From: Glaciecola sp.
GTDB lineage: Bacteria > Pseudomonadota > Gammaproteobacteria > Enterobacterales > Alteromonadaceae
Direction: 5' to 3'
Length of the DNA: 64,000 nt
NCBI GenBank assembly: GCA_047637355.1
Contig: JBLIKA010000004.1
Span: 21,770 to 85,769 of the forward strand
In this document: in pieces, positions 20,523 through 31,865 of the stretch
Layout: each line of letters begins with the position of its first letter
Position numbering within the stretch: position 1 is the stretch's first letter
Made by a program: the position numbers and the translations under genes
Notes under the pieces: generated by a model
What the model was told of the DNA's origin: nothing
Databases searched by the model: none
What the model saw: only the letters and a program-made list of their open reading frames with translations

Positions 20523-21830
20523 TTATTTTGCGCTGTTCATATAATCTAGCGTCATGTTAGTTAGTAGCTTAACGCCTAACTTCATGCCGCTGTCATCTAC
20601 AAAGAATTCGGGAGTGTGGTGAGCCGGAGAATCTTCCTCAGATACGTCCAATGGCTTACCACCGACCCACAAATAAACGCCAGGTACTTCTTGTTGGAAG
20701 AAGGAAAAATCTTCAGCACCCGTCGCCGCTTTTGAGTTGATCACGTTTTCTTGACCAGCGGTGCGCACTAACGTAGGCAATACTTGGTCCATAAGCGCAT
20801 GGTCATTAAATGTAATTGGATAGCTATAATCCAACGGTAGTATTACTTCAACCTCTGCTCTCATGCTATCAGCAATACCTTTAGCTTTACGCGGTATTGC
20901 TTCGTACATGTGTTCACGAGCTTCTTTGCTTAATGTACGAATAGTGCCAACTAAAACAACCTCATTTGGGATGATATTCGAACGATTTCCACCGTGAATA
21001 GAGCCAATAGTCACTACTGCTGCATCATCAACCAACTTAATTTCTCTGCTAACAACGGTTTGCAGTGCCATGATGATTTGAGCAGCGGTGGTGATTGGAT
21101 CTACACTCTTCCAAGGATATGCGCCATGAGCCTGCTTTCCTCTAACAATAATTTTAAATGGGTCAACAGCTGCCATAATGCCACCGTGTTTATATAACAC
21201 TTTGCCCACATCTGTGTTCGCGTTTATGTGCAGACCAAAAATCACATCGACATCAGGATTCTTTAGTACACCCTCTTGCACCATCATCTCAGCTCCGCCT
21301 TTCTCTCCTGCTGGAGCCCCCTCTTCGGCTGGCTGAAAGATGAATTTAACTTTACCGCGTAATTCTCCCTTCATTTCGGTTAGAATTTTTGCCGCTCCCA
21401 TTAGCATCGCCATGTGAGTATCATGCCCACAAGCATGCATAACCGGTACTTCATTTCCCTCTAACATACCTTTTACCGTAGATTTAAAGGGTAAATTGTT
21501 CTGCTCTGGCACTGGTAAACCGTCCATATCAGCTCGCAGTGCTACTGTAGGCCCAGGTTTTCCTGAATCTAAAACGGCAACAACACCTGTGTAAGCAACG
21601 CCTGTGGTGACGTCTAATCCTAATCCACGCAAATATTTTTCAACATATTTTGCAGTCTCAAACTCCCGATTGGATAATTCTGGGTTTTGGTGCAAATGAT
21701 GACGCCACTTGATCACATCAGCCTCAATTTTATCAGCCATCATGGCCACAGTGTCATTTTGTTGAGCACTTGCAATACTAGAAAGCGCAGTTAACGAGAT
21801 GGCAGTAAATAAAGGGAGTAAGCGTTTCAT
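20523..21830 (-). CDS. Secreted M20-family amidohydrolase (hippurate hydrolase / N-acyl-amino-acid amidohydrolase type)
   Basis: Signal peptide. WRHHLHQNPELS, ALRADMDGLP, HACGHD and FQPAEE are M20D motifs. Confidence 0.88.
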   Translation of the reverse strand: MKRLLPLFTAISLTALSSIASAQQNDTVAMMADKIEADVIKWRHHLHQNPELSNREFETAKYVEKYLRGLGLDVTTGVAYTGVVAVLDSGKPGPTVALRADMDGLPVPEQNNLPFKSTVKGMLEGNEVPVMHACGHDTHMAMLMGAAKILTEMKGELRGKVKFIFQPAEEGAPAGEKGGAEMMVQEGVLKNPDVDVIFGLHINANTDVGKVLYKHGGIMAAVDPFKIIVRGKQAHGAYPWKSVDPITTAAQIIMALQTVVSREIKLVDDAAVVTIGSIHGGNRSNIIPNEVVLVGTIRTLSKEAREHMYEAIPRKAKGIADSMRAEVEVILPLDYSYPITFNDHALMDQVLPTLVRTAGQENVINSKAATGAEDFSFFQQEVPGVYLWVGGKPLDVSEEDSPAHHTPEFFVDDSGMKLGVKLLTNMTLDYMNSAK

Positions 21831-22110
21831 ATATATGGTCTACCTTGGTTTTTATTATTGTTTGATAGCGCGATTTAGCTCAGCGCATCTATCTTGCGCG
21901 AATTACGTAACAAAACATTAGCGTAAAATAGACAAAATTACGAGCATTACGACTATGCAGACATTAAATTATGATTTTTATTTATATTCCAATTATATCT
22001 ATAGCCACTTGCAACGAAAGACCTCAGTTAACAGTGGCGTGATCGAACATAAAGGGGGAAGCAAAGTCATTATGACTCTCTAGTTTATCTAGCAACACTT
22101 TTCATTAGGC

Positions 22111-22145
22111 AAAAAAAACCGCAACATCAAACTATCGCGGTTTAA
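22111..22145 (-). terminator. Rho-independent terminator after rho
   Basis: The minus-strand RNA reads AAACCGC-loop-GCGGUUU followed by a U-run. Confidence 0.6.
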
Positions 22146-22190
22146 ATCGAATACAAGTTAATGAGTGGTATTAACTTTCGCTAGAATAAA

Positions 22191-23456
22191 CTAACTTTTC
22201 TGGCGTTTCATTGATTCAAAAAATTCATCATTTGTTTTTGTCATCGCTAAACGCCCGATTAGGAACTCTATTGCGTCTATTTCACTCATTTCATGGACAA
22301 TTTTACGCAGTATCCACATCTTTTGTAATTCATCTTTGGACGTTAATAATTCTTCGCGACGAGTACCGGAACGGTTTAAGTCAATCGCAGGGAATACACG
22401 CTTTTCAGCAATCTTGCGATTTAGATGTAATTCCATGTTACCCGTGCCTTTAAATTCTTCGTAGATTACTTCATCCATCTTAGAACCAGTATCGATTAAC
22501 GCTGTTGCAATAATAGTTAAACTGCCACCTTCCTCAACATTTCGAGCTGCACCAAAGAATCGTTTTGGTTTGTGCAATGCATTCGCATCAACACCACCGG
22601 TAAGTACTTTACCTGACGATGGAATAACCGTGTTATAAGCGCGCGCTAGACGCGTAAGAGAATCAAGCAGAATCACTACGTCTTTTTTATGTTCAACTAA
22701 GCGTTTGGCCTTCTCAATAACCATCTCAGCAACCTGAACATGGCGACTTGCTGGTTCATCAAAAGTTGAAGCGATAACTTCACCTTGTACCAAACGCTGC
22801 ATCTCAGTTACTTCTTCTGGACGCTCATCAATTAGCAAAACCATTAACTGCGCTTCTGGATGATTAGCTGCAATTGATTGGGCTATATTTTGTAGTAAAA
22901 GTGTTTTACCAGCCTTTGGCGGCGCAACAATTAGACCACGCTGACCACGCCCAATCGGCGATGCCAAATCGAGTACGCGTGCAGTAATATCTTCAGTACT
23001 GCCATTTCCGCGCTCTAGTCTAAAACGTTCATTGGCATGTAAAGGAGTTAAGTTTTCGAAAAGGATTTTGTTGCGAGAATTTTCAGGTTTGTCAAAGTTT
23101 ACTTCACGTATTTTAAGTAATGCAAAATAACGCTCGCTGTCTTTTGGCGGTCGAATCTTCCCTGCAATGGTGTCACCAGTGCGCAAGTTAAAGCGTCGAA
23201 TTTGACTCGGCGATACATAAATATCATCGGGGCCTGCTAAATACGAACAATCACCGGATCGCAGAAAACCAAAGCCATCTTGAAGTATTTCAAGAACGCC
23301 GCCGCCAAAAATGTCTTCGCCGCCTTTTGCATGGGATTTTAATATTGAAAATATAATATCTTGTTTTCTGGCACGAGCCAGATTTTCTAACCCCATCTCT
23401 TCAGATAAGGCTACGAGTTCACTAATGGGTTTGTCTTTTAATTCGGTTAAATTCAT
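22191..23456 (-). CDS. rho: Transcription termination factor Rho
   Basis: [16 protein letters not shown]-terminus, RNA-binding domain and Walker A (PPKAGKT). The 421 aa are collinear with E. coli Rho. Confidence 0.98.
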   Translation of the reverse strand: MNLTELKDKPISELVALSEEMGLENLARARKQDIIFSILKSHAKGGEDIFGGGVLEILQDGFGFLRSGDCSYLAGPDDIYVSPSQIRRFNLRTGDTIAGKIRPPKDSERYFALLKIREVNFDKPENSRNKILFENLTPLHANERFRLERGNGSTEDITARVLDLASPIGRGQRGLIVAPPKAGKTLLLQNIAQSIAANHPEAQLMVLLIDERPEEVTEMQRLVQGEVIASTFDEPASRHVQVAEMVIEKAKRLVEHKKDVVILLDSLTRLARAYNTVIPSSGKVLTGGVDANALHKPKRFFGAARNVEEGGSLTIIATALIDTGSKMDEVIYEEFKGTGNMELHLNRKIAEKRVFPAIDLNRSGTRREELLTSKDELQKMWILRKIVHEMSEIDAIEFLIGRLAMTKTNDEFFESMKRQKS

Positions 23457-23825
23457 ATTGGTAGGTCTTTATGTTTAGGCTGCGTAATGAAGCACAAATT
23501 ATTTGTTCTTTTTAACTATGCCCTATCAAAAGTAGTCTCTGGTTAAGTAGTCAATAATTGAAGTTTGATTTTATGTTTTCTTTCAATGCTATTATGTATA
23601 TTGTCTGGCCCTCACCGATAGCAACGTAGCGTTGATATGAGCTAGATTCAGTAATGTATACACGTTACTATTAGCAATTTTTAATTTGCAGCTACCTAAA
23701 CGTTAATAGCACAGTAATAGCTGGCACTGAAGGAATATAAAAATGGTTGTGTTCGGATGAACAGGAAATAATGTAGCACTAAATAAAGTTATCGTCCAGT
23801 TTTACAAAAAAATAACTTTTAAATA
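23457..23825 (-). promoter_or_regulatory. Long untranslated rho leader, the probable site of the rho promoter and autogenous attenuation
   Basis: About 370 nt without a credible ORF lie between the trxA terminator and the rho ATG. The proximal part of the transcript looks C-rich and G-poor by eye. The function is assigned by analogy to E. coli. Confidence 0.4.
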
Positions 23826-23857
23826 AAAAAGGCCACAAATTTGATAGCCTTTTTTAC
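23826..23857 (-). terminator. Candidate terminator/attenuator after trxA
   Basis: The minus-strand RNA reads AAAAAAGGC-13 nt-GCCUUUUUU. The GC core is short. Confidence 0.4.
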
Positions 23858-23889
23858 TTATTCAACGGTCATAAATACCAAACAATAAA

Positions 23890-24216
23890 TTAGATGTTTT
23901 CGTTTAAAAATTCAACCAGTTGAGTTTTTGATAGCGCGCCTACCTTGGTTGCTGCTACTGCACCGTTTTTGAAGAGCAATAATGTCGGGATGCCGCGAAT
24001 ACCATATTTAGGTGGTGTATCGTTATTTTCATCGACATTAAGCTTACCAACTGTTACCTTTCCCTCAAACTCGTCGGCAATCTCAGATAAGATTGGGGCG
24101 ATCATTTTACAAGGGCCGCACCATTCTGCCCAGAAATCAACTAAAACAGGACCGTTAGCATTGATTACATCTGCTTCGAATTTTTCGTCACTCAACGAGA
24201 TAATTTTGTCGCTCAT
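23890..24216 (-). CDS. trxA: Thioredoxin 1
   Basis: WAEWCGPCK active site. 108 aa from ATG 24216 (GGAG 7 nt upstream). Sits upstream of rho as in E. coli. Confidence 0.97.
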   Translation of the reverse strand: MSDKIISLSDEKFEADVINANGPVLVDFWAEWCGPCKMIAPILSEIADEFEGKVTVGKLNVDENNDTPPKYGIRGIPTLLLFKNGAVAATKVGALSKTQLVEFLNENI

Positions 24217-24314
24217 TCTTTTCTCCAAATTTGGTCATTCGCTGAGATTTTCAGCCTTGCCCTATAGTGTTAATAGAAATTGTAGTTAATGCAAGCAATG
24301 ATAAGCTATAAGCT

Positions 24315-25619
24315 ATGCCACAAACACATTTAACAGATACATCTTTTTCCGATCTTCCGATCCATCCGCTAATTTTAAAAGCGCTTGAGGAAGCCAATTT
24401 CACAAAATGCACACCGATTCAGTCAATGGCTGTTCCTCAACTTCTCGAAGGAAACGACATTGCAGGTCAGGCACAAACAGGGACGGGCAAAACTATTGCT
24501 TTTTTGGTGGCGACTTTTCACCACCTACTAAATAACCCGAAGCCTGACAACGAGCCTAATAAACCGAGTCCAAGAGCCATCATTATGGCACCGACCCGTG
24601 AGCTTGCTGTGCAAATCTATAACGATGCGGAACTGCTTAGTAAGCACTCCGGACTGTCACTTGGTTTGATATATGGGGGTGAAGGTTACGAAAGTCAACG
24701 GGATCGATTAACAAAAGGCGTCGATATTGTTATTGGCACCACTGGTCGTATCATCGATTATTACAAACAAGATATTTTTTCTTTAAAAAATATACAAGTA
24801 GCAGTGCTTGATGAAGCCGATCGTATGTTTGATTTAGGTTTCATAAAAGATATTCGGTATTTGTTCAGGCGCATGCCTGAACCGACTCAACGCTTGAGTA
24901 TGTTATTTTCTGCTACCTTAAGTTTCCGCGTTCAAGAACTTGCTTATGAACACATGAATAATCCAACGCATGTGCAAATCGAGCCCGAAAAGAAAACGGC
25001 AACAAGGGTGTCTGAAGAATTATTTTATCCATCAGATAAAGATAAGCCGCTACTGTTATTAACACTGTTTGAAAACGAGTGGCCAGACAAAGCTATCGTC
25101 TTTGCCAACACCAAATTTGGATGCGAAACGGTCTCCGCTTGGTTGCAAGCTGACGGCCACAGAGTCGGTATGCTCAGTGGAGACGTACCGCAAAAGAAAC
25201 GTTTGAGTATTCTTGAGGACTTCACCAGTGGTGCAATAGATATATTGGTAGCTACGGACGTTGCGGCCCGTGGATTACACATTCCAAAAGTCACCCATGT
25301 GTTCAACTATGACTTGCCCGATGACGCCGAAGATTACGTTCACCGAATTGGCCGCACTGGTCGTGCAGGCGAAAGTGGCATTGCGATTAGTTTCGCTTGC
25401 GAAAAATATGCATTGAACTTACCTGCTATTGAAATGTATATTGAACATCAAATTACAGTAACTGACTACGATCCAAATCAGTTGCTGAAAGACGTAAAAG
25501 CGCCGGTATTCCATCGTAAGCCAAGAGGCAGGACCGATGGTCGACCGGGTAATCGCGGTGGTCGTAATGGCGGGCAACGTCCAAGTGGCCCAAAAAGGAA
25601 CCACCAAGGAAGAAACTAG
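24315..25619 (+). CDS. rhlB: ATP-dependent DEAD-box RNA helicase RhlB
   Basis: [15 protein letters not shown] and [10 protein letters not shown] motifs, and an Arg/Gly-rich tail. Collinear with E. coli RhlB and divergent from trxA as in E. coli. Confidence 0.95.
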   Translation: MPQTHLTDTSFSDLPIHPLILKALEEANFTKCTPIQSMAVPQLLEGNDIAGQAQTGTGKTIAFLVATFHHLLNNPKPDNEPNKPSPRAIIMAPTRELAVQIYNDAELLSKHSGLSLGLIYGGEGYESQRDRLTKGVDIVIGTTGRIIDYYKQDIFSLKNIQVAVLDEADRMFDLGFIKDIRYLFRRMPEPTQRLSMLFSATLSFRVQELAYEHMNNPTHVQIEPEKKTATRVSEELFYPSDKDKPLLLLTLFENEWPDKAIVFANTKFGCETVSAWLQADGHRVGMLSGDVPQKKRLSILEDFTSGAIDILVATDVAARGLHIPKVTHVFNYDLPDDAEDYVHRIGRTGRAGESGIAISFACEKYALNLPAIEMYIEHQITVTDYDPNQLLKDVKAPVFHRKPRGRTDGRPGNRGGRNGGQRPSGPKRNHQGRN

Positions 25620-25631
25620 AGGTAGTGAACT

Positions 25632-27140
25632 TTGATTCAAGAGTTACCTAACACTGTTATTCAGGACGAATATTACGCTGCCGTTGATTTAGGCTCCAAC
25701 AGCTTTCACATGGTAATAGTGAGAGTACTCAGCGGTAGCGTTCAAATAGTCAGTAAAAATAAGCGTAAAGTAAGGCTCGCTGCAGGTCTCGATGGTGATT
25801 ACAAGCTATCCGAAGAGAGCATTCAGCGCGGCCTTGACTGTTTAAAGACCTTCCGCGAGCAACTAGACGACCTACCCAAGGCAAATATCAAAGTTGTTGC
25901 TACGGCAACATTGCGTATGGCAACTAACTCAAGCGATTTTGTCACTCGTGGCGAACGCATTCTTAACCAAAAAATCAATATAATATCGGGTGAGGAAGAA
26001 GCCCGCCAAATCTACTTGGGTGTTGCTTACACATCTGCAAATCAAGGTAATACATTGGTTGTTGATATTGGCGGTGCAAGTACAGAAGTTATTGTTGGCC
26101 GCGACATGCAGCCGCTCCACTTAAATAGCGTGGATATGGGCTGTGTCACTTTCATGGAAAGATATTTTGAGGGTGGCATAATCAATGAAGAAAATTTTGA
26201 CAATGCACTCGCTGCCGCTGAAGAAATGCTAGCTCCTTACGCATCTACTTTTAAATGTTTCGATTGGCAGCAATGTTTAGGTGCCTCTGGCACACCCCAA
26301 GCTGTCGTTAGTATATTGGTTAAACAAGGCATTAACGATGCTATCCGCTTAGACTATTTGTACCAATTACGTGACCAAGCTATTGCTTGTAAAAATATTG
26401 AGAGCTTAAAGATTGATGGACTCGCCGACTCACGCAGGCTCATTTTCCCGAGTGGGTTGGCCATTTTAATGGCACTATTTAAGCAATTGAATTTAAAAAA
26501 CATGCAAATTTCAGGAGGTGCACTGAGGGAAGGTATTATTTACGGCATGTTGGATAATTATCAAAGAGCTGATCGCAGAACCCAAGGTATTAACCAGCTG
26601 GTTTCGCGCTTTCACATAGATACAGCGCAAAGTGACCGGGTACGCAAAGTAGCGATGGGATTAAGTCGTCAGATGTGCGAACAAAGTAAATTTTGTGACT
26701 TTGACACTGAAGCACTTATTTCCTCGGCCGCTGCGCTGCACGAACTAGGCCTACACATCGGTTATAAAAAGTTTCATGAACATGGTGCATATATATTAAC
26801 GCATGTTGAATTGACCGGATTTACTAGTCTTCAACGCATGTTTATTAGAGATTTGGTTGGCATGCATCGTCAAGAAATTGATTTGATGGTGTTTAACAAC
26901 TATCAGGAAGAGTTTAAAGAGATGCTCATCAACGCTCTGCGTATTGTCAGAATTTCCGTAATTTTGTGTACTCGCAGACGAGATAATACAGTTGGTAATG
27001 CTAAGCTTACGGTGTCTGGCGACGATTGGCATTTACATTTTGAAGAAGGAATTTTACCCTCTTCGCCTCTCGTACATGCCGAACTTATTCATGAGACTTG
27101 GTTGCAACACAAAGCTGGCTGGAAACTAATTTGTGAATAG
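25632..27140 (+). CDS. gppA: Guanosine pentaphosphate phosphohydrolase / exopolyphosphatase family
   Basis: YAAVDLGSNSFHMV and DIGGASTE (ASKHA fold) motifs. Follows rhlB as in E. coli. A TTG start at 25632 with GAGG upstream is required, because the first ATG lies inside the conserved DLGSNSFH motif. Confidence 0.9.
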   Translation: MIQELPNTVIQDEYYAAVDLGSNSFHMVIVRVLSGSVQIVSKNKRKVRLAAGLDGDYKLSEESIQRGLDCLKTFREQLDDLPKANIKVVATATLRMATNSSDFVTRGERILNQKINIISGEEEARQIYLGVAYTSANQGNTLVVDIGGASTEVIVGRDMQPLHLNSVDMGCVTFMERYFEGGIINEENFDNALAAAEEMLAPYASTFKCFDWQQCLGASGTPQAVVSILVKQGINDAIRLDYLYQLRDQAIACKNIESLKIDGLADSRRLIFPSGLAILMALFKQLNLKNMQISGGALREGIIYGMLDNYQRADRRTQGINQLVSRFHIDTAQSDRVRKVAMGLSRQMCEQSKFCDFDTEALISSAAALHELGLHIGYKKFHEHGAYILTHVELTGFTSLQRMFIRDLVGMHRQEIDLMVFNNYQEEFKEMLINALRIVRISVILCTRRRDNTVGNAKLTVSGDDWHLHFEEGILPSSPLVHAELIHETWLQHKAGWKLICE

Positions 27141-27282
27141 CGCTTTGTTTTGCGTTACTCACCGTTGATTAATTGTTCAAGAATCAATTGTTACTGTTAA
27201 CTGGCGTAAGTGCTGGTATGTCATCCAAAAATTAACAGTTAGTAGCACATTTATAAAAACGTGCTACCACTGCATCTAGTTA

Positions 27283-28278
27283 TTATTGATTACTCAATCG
27301 CTTACCAAACGAAATTGCATACGCTGGTGAGCGCATTCTTAAGATAGGATCTGCGCTTGGTGTAAATCCGGCAGACATCATATTTGGGTCAAAGTTAGTA
27401 TTCTTACAGGCATCACCGCCATTCGCTGTTACCGTAACCGTGCCTAATGCAATTTGAGGACGCGACTCTGGCCACTGCTGTGACGGATCGATTTCGCTAT
27501 CTTCGGCTTCGCCTAAACTTGCCATAATTGTGAAGCTTACAATACCTTCTTTGAGTTGCTTTGCAAAAGTATCAACTAGGAATTCCTCAGGCATTTTCGC
27601 AGCTTCGTCTTTATCTAAAGTTTTGACACCTAAACTTGGCTGAATATCCCATCGAAATTTCGTTTTCTCACCACTAGCTTGGTTGAAATAAAACGTATGC
27701 AGACCAAAAAAGCCAGTATTTGCCCAAGAAGCAGGTGTTTGAGCTTGTTGATTCCACATCGCATTTGCCTGCACTGAAGGGTTTGCCTTGATGAAAGCCA
27801 TCGTTTTAGCTAGGTCCGTTTTACCATTTTCATCGGGTAGCATTGTAGATAAGAAACCAAAAAATGTTTCTGGGTCTTTACCTGCAAATACAGGAAAGTT
27901 ATTTCCAGTAAATGTGTGGAATGAGCCATTGGGTAATTTAATTTGCATGCCTAAACCACGAGTCCCAGGGGCTCTTTCATCACTATTTGGGTTTGCACCA
28001 CCGAGAGAAAATCGCATGGAAACTGGTAAGTCGCCATTTGCCAATAAAGCAGCACCTTTAAAATGTTCGTTAGGAGCAGGTACAAAAGTCCCGGATGCAC
28101 ACATCCCTTTTGCATGCGCTTTTCTGAACCCAGGATGTTTGCCACCTAGTTTTTCAAAAATATCAACTACGTCTGTTGCCTGAACTTCTTTGTCACCCGC
28201 TAATGCACTTGATGGTGCAGTTACCCCAACAGTTAATAGACAAGCTGCAATGCTTGATGCAATAAATGTATGCTTCAT
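27283..28278 (-). CDS. Secreted catalase-related (small-clade, SrpA-like) haem peroxidase
   Basis: Signal peptide. The HPGFRKAHAKGMCASGTF haem-pocket region is typical of the roughly 330-aa catalase-family proteins. Confidence 0.8.
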   Translation of the reverse strand: MKHTFIASSIAACLLTVGVTAPSSALAGDKEVQATDVVDIFEKLGGKHPGFRKAHAKGMCASGTFVPAPNEHFKGAALLANGDLPVSMRFSLGGANPNSDERAPGTRGLGMQIKLPNGSFHTFTGNNFPVFAGKDPETFFGFLSTMLPDENGKTDLAKTMAFIKANPSVQANAMWNQQAQTPASWANTGFFGLHTFYFNQASGEKTKFRWDIQPSLGVKTLDKDEAAKMPEEFLVDTFAKQLKEGIVSFTIMASLGEAEDSEIDPSQQWPESRPQIALGTVTVTANGGDACKNTNFDPNMMSAGFTPSADPILRMRSPAYAISFGKRLSNQ

Positions 28279-28373
28279 ATATATCCTTTATTTTTGTTAA
28301 TTAGGTCAGTGCTAATCTCGAGTTGTAACGTGTAGAATTATTCAACTAATTTGAACTAAAATCAAATAGGTCG

Positions 28374-30008
28374 TTAAGACAGCTTGCGCCATGACATCAA
28401 CCAGCAAACAGCACCAAAGAAACCTAAACCCAAAGTACACCATACTGGCTTTTCAAAAAGGTACATCAACACTGCAATGACCGAAAATGCGGCAGCTAGA
28501 TGACTATAAAAACGTGCTTTTTGATTACTCTTAATTGCTTCAATATGCAGTTCGTGATGTTTCTGTAGTTCCATTGGAATACGTTTTAATTGCTTCATAC
28601 CGTCATATATAAGATCAGGCATTTCTGGCAGCTTTTCATTCCAGAAAGGCAAGTTCTCATACACCTTTTTAAACATCGCTTTGGAGCCTACTTGTTCTTT
28701 CATCCAATTTTCAAGGAAAGGCTTTGCGGTTTTCCAAAGATCTAATTGCGGATAAAGCTGACGGCCCAGACCTTCAACATATAACAATGTTTTTTGCAGA
28801 AGCACGAGCTGCGGTTGAACCACCATATTAAAACGACGAGCCGTGTTAAAGAGTTGCAGTAAGATGTTACCAAAACTGATGTCCTCGAGTGGCTTTTGAA
28901 AAATAGGTTCACAAACTGTGCGGATACCCATTTCAAAATCAGCAATATTGGTGTCTGCAGGAACCCAACCTGAATCAACATGCAGTTCCGCTACCTTTCG
29001 GTAATCCCGATTGAAAAAGGCAATGAAATTTTCTGCCAAGTAGCGCTTATCTTCTTTACTTAATGTGCCAACAATACCGTAGTCTATGCCAATATAACGC
29101 GGATTTTCAGGGTGTTCTCTGCTGACAAAAATATTCCCAGGGTGCATATCAGCATGAAAAAAACTATCTCTAAATACCTGCGTAAAAAAGACTTCGACGC
29201 CGCGTTCAGCAAGTAGTTTCATATTTGTATTTTGCGCTCTCAATGCAACAACGTCGGATACTGGAATACCAAAAATACGTTCCATTACGATGACATCTTT
29301 GCGGCAATGTTCGCTGTAAAAATAGGGCACGTACAACGATTCAGAGTCTTGAAAACTGCGTTTAATTTGTATCCCATTCGCCGCCTCTCTCAATAAGTCT
29401 AGCTCATCAAGAATGGTGCGTCTGTACTCTTCAACCACTTCAACTGGGCGCAAACGTTTGCCATCGGGGAGCCATTGTTTTAAAACCCGAGCGATACTGA
29501 GCAGTAGATCAACATCCGCTTCAATGGTTTGTCGAATGTTAGGACGCAATACTTTGATAACGACTTCTTTATTATCACTTTTCAACGTTGCAGTATGCAC
29601 TTGTGCAATTGAAGCAGAGGCCAATGGTCTAGCTGTAAAATCGGAAAAAAGCTCAGACAAATCGGTAATATCTAAAGACCGCTTGATCATTTCTTGTGCT
29701 ATCTCAGGATCGAATGGCGGCACATTGTCTTGCAACATACTCAATTCTGTTGCGATATCATTGCTTAGCAAATCACGGCGCGTTGATAGCATTTGTCCAA
29801 ACTTGATATAAACAGGCCCTAAGGTTTCAAGCGCCAGACGCAGCCGACGTCCTTCAGACTCACTCTTGTGCTTATTGGGTAGCCAAAACACACAACGACG
29901 AGCAAAGCGCACATACCATGGTTTAAAACGAGCAGGTATAATTTCGTCAAGTCCGTGCTGTAACAACACTTTGCCTATGTCATAAAAGCGTCTAATTTGC
30001 ACGTTCAC
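28374..30008 (-). CDS. ubiB: Ubiquinone biosynthesis regulatory protein kinase UbiB
   Basis: [26 protein letters not shown] and [10 protein letters not shown] (ABC1/ADCK kinase-like) motifs, and two C-terminal TM helices. GTG start at 30008. Confidence 0.96.
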   Translation of the reverse strand: MNVQIRRFYDIGKVLLQHGLDEIIPARFKPWYVRFARRCVFWLPNKHKSESEGRRLRLALETLGPVYIKFGQMLSTRRDLLSNDIATELSMLQDNVPPFDPEIAQEMIKRSLDITDLSELFSDFTARPLASASIAQVHTATLKSDNKEVVIKVLRPNIRQTIEADVDLLLSIARVLKQWLPDGKRLRPVEVVEEYRRTILDELDLLREAANGIQIKRSFQDSESLYVPYFYSEHCRKDVIVMERIFGIPVSDVVALRAQNTNMKLLAERGVEVFFTQVFRDSFFHADMHPGNIFVSREHPENPRYIGIDYGIVGTLSKEDKRYLAENFIAFFNRDYRKVAELHVDSGWVPADTNIADFEMGIRTVCEPIFQKPLEDISFGNILLQLFNTARRFNMVVQPQLVLLQKTLLYVEGLGRQLYPQLDLWKTAKPFLENWMKEQVGSKAMFKKVYENLPFWNEKLPEMPDLIYDGMKQLKRIPMELQKHHELHIEAIKSNQKARFYSHLAAAFSVIAVLMYLFEKPVWCTLGLGFFGAVCWLMSWRKLS

Positions 30009-30138
30009 GGCCCTGTTTATGGTTGTTGTGAAACTGGTTTACATTATCTAAACACAAAACATTAATCATGTTGTTAGCATCTACTGAATTTAAATAAGAG
30101 GTATATTCACCGACAGCGGTTCTTTGTTCAATGCTCAT
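29992..30138 (-). CDS. Unannotated 48-codon ORF between ubiJ and ubiB ([48 protein letters not shown]); hypothetical
   Basis: Hand-translated, because it is below the 60-aa cut-off of the ORF track. Its ATG overlaps the ubiJ stop (TAATG), GGGGAG lies 9-10 nt upstream, and its TAG lies 14 nt inside ubiB. No family resemblance recognised. Confidence 0.3.
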   Translation of the reverse strand: MSIEQRTAVGEYTSYLNSVDANNMINVLCLDNVNQFHNNHKQGRERAN

Positions 30139-30800
30139 TACGGTTTTCTCCCCGCTTTATTCTCAAGGATCGTCAAACGAGCTTCGAGTCTGGCTGCAGT
30201 ATCCCGAACCTCGGACACTTTTTGTATATAGTTTTCAACCATAATTGGCCTAACACCAATTGGTTTTTTATCCAGTATTACGTCACTTAGGGCTTGTATT
30301 GCAAGCTTGTGATTGTGTTTAATTAACCGGCCAAAGGACTCCGCGCTCTGCATAGTGTTGTGTGCTGCAATATCCCCTATGCGCGTTGAAAGCAATTCTT
30401 CGATATCAATATTCAAGCCCGCAAATAGCCCGCTCATATTCTGGGCGATTTGTAAGTTTCCTTCAAAATCGAGTTTATTCTCACGGATAAGGCGAGTGAT
30501 ATTACTCGTGTCCTTAAGCTCATTGATAACAAACACCGACAAGCTTATAGCGCATCGATTGTGACTTGTTGATTGCTTGCGTTCTACCGTAATATCCTCG
30601 CTAATAGCACTCACAACAGAGTTAACCTCAACGCCTTTGGCGTGAAAGCTAAACACTAATGGAAAAGGCAATTCGTGCAGCTTTATTTCGCATTGCTTGG
30701 AAATTAGCGGCTGCAACAGTAAATAGCTTTCCTCATCAAGAGACAATATTTTATTGATGGCAATTTCAACAGCAGCGGTGATGACTTGAGCTTGATGCAT
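30138..30800 (-). CDS. ubiJ: Ubiquinone biosynthesis accessory factor UbiJ (SCP2 domain)
   Basis: Located between ubiE and ubiB. The N-terminus resembles an SCP2-type sterol-carrier fold, and a C-terminal coiled segment (ARLEARLTILE) matches UbiJ/YigP. Confidence 0.85.
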   Translation of the reverse strand: MHQAQVITAAVEIAINKILSLDEESYLLLQPLISKQCEIKLHELPFPLVFSFHAKGVEVNSVVSAISEDITVERKQSTSHNRCAISLSVFVINELKDTSNITRLIRENKLDFEGNLQIAQNMSGLFAGLNIDIEELLSTRIGDIAAHNTMQSAESFGRLIKHNHKLAIQALSDVILDKKPIGVRPIMVENYIQKVSEVRDTAARLEARLTILENKAGRKP

Positions 30801-31634
30801 TTAGAATTTAAACCCTCTATGCAGCGCTACAATTCCGCCTGTTAAGTTGGTATAACTGGTTTGTTCGAAGCCCACGTCTTTCATCATACCTTCAAGCGTT
30901 GCTTGATCAGGATGCATGCGAATTGATTCAGCTAAGTATTGATAACTCTCAGCATCGTTCGCGACTAACTGCCCTATTTTTGGCAATAGGTGGAACGAAT
31001 ATGTATCGTAAACTTTGCTCAGAACATCGCTGGTCGGCTTTGAAAACTCTAATACTAACAAACGTCCACCTGGCTTGAGGACACGAAAAATAGAAGCAAG
31101 TGCATTCGATTTTTCTGTCACGTTACGCAAACCAAAAGCCATGGTGACTAAGTCAAAATGATTATTTGGGAATGGTAAGGCTTCTGCATTGGCCTGCACA
31201 TAATTGAGATTAGCCATAATGCCCATATTGGTGAGTTTTTCTTTACCTACCATCAGCATAGAGTGATTAATGTCAGCCAATGTTACTTGCCCATTTTCAC
31301 CAACAATACGACTGAACTTAGCAGCTAAGTCGCCTGTTCCACCAGCAAGGTCCAATACTTTTTGACCTGCACGAATGCCACTACAATCAATAGTGTAGCG
31401 TTTCCAAATACGGTGTATGCCTAGCGACATTACATCATTCATCAGATCATATTTGGCCGCTACTGAATGAAAAACATCAGCAACCATTGACTCTTTCTGC
31501 GCTTTATCGACTTGCTTAAAGCCAAAATGCGTTCGCGTTGACCCGGCCTCTTCACTGGAATTCAAGTGGTTCAATAGATTATCGCCATGCCCATCGTCTT
31601 GTTTTTCTGCTGATGTTTCTTTTGTGCTTTGCAT
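30801..31634 (-). CDS. ubiE: Demethylmenaquinone / ubiquinone C-methyltransferase UbiE
   Basis: THFGFKQV...[14 protein letters not shown]...[13 protein letters not shown]-binding motif. ATG 31634 is preferred over the upstream TTG at 31682. Confidence 0.95.
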   Translation of the reverse strand: MQSTKETSAEKQDDGHGDNLLNHLNSSEEAGSTRTHFGFKQVDKAQKESMVADVFHSVAAKYDLMNDVMSLGIHRIWKRYTIDCSGIRAGQKVLDLAGGTGDLAAKFSRIVGENGQVTLADINHSMLMVGKEKLTNMGIMANLNYVQANAEALPFPNNHFDLVTMAFGLRNVTEKSNALASIFRVLKPGGRLLVLEFSKPTSDVLSKVYDTYSFHLLPKIGQLVANDAESYQYLAESIRMHPDQATLEGMMKDVGFEQTSYTNLTGGIVALHRGFKF

Positions 31635-31865
31635 TTTAGTAGCTTCTTTTAAGAATGTTGATTTTGATGAGCGATTCAACAATGACTCTCTATAGGCGAC
31701 TCTTTATAAATAAGTTTGTTTAGGTCATTTATGCAAAAGTGCTTCATGAAAATTCATTGTCTATCTAGCGGCCTAATTGTAGCTAAAAATCCGCATAAAT
31801 ACATCAAGTAAGCGAATCTTGGGATAGGAAAAATTGCTCAATCTGTATTTATGCCTGTTTTTATA

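Noticed and set aside
21955-22083. 42-codon plus-strand ORF (MQTLNYDFYLYSNYIYSH...) in the rho / M20 spacer
   Set aside because: It has no RBS at its ATG, an AT-driven Tyr/Asn/Ile composition and no operon partner on that strand.
27241-27268. GTAGCAC-N12-GTGCTAC hairpin between the convergent gppA and catalase-like genes as a terminator
   Set aside because: It has only a 7-bp stem, a 12-nt loop and no U-tract on either strand. That is too weak to call.
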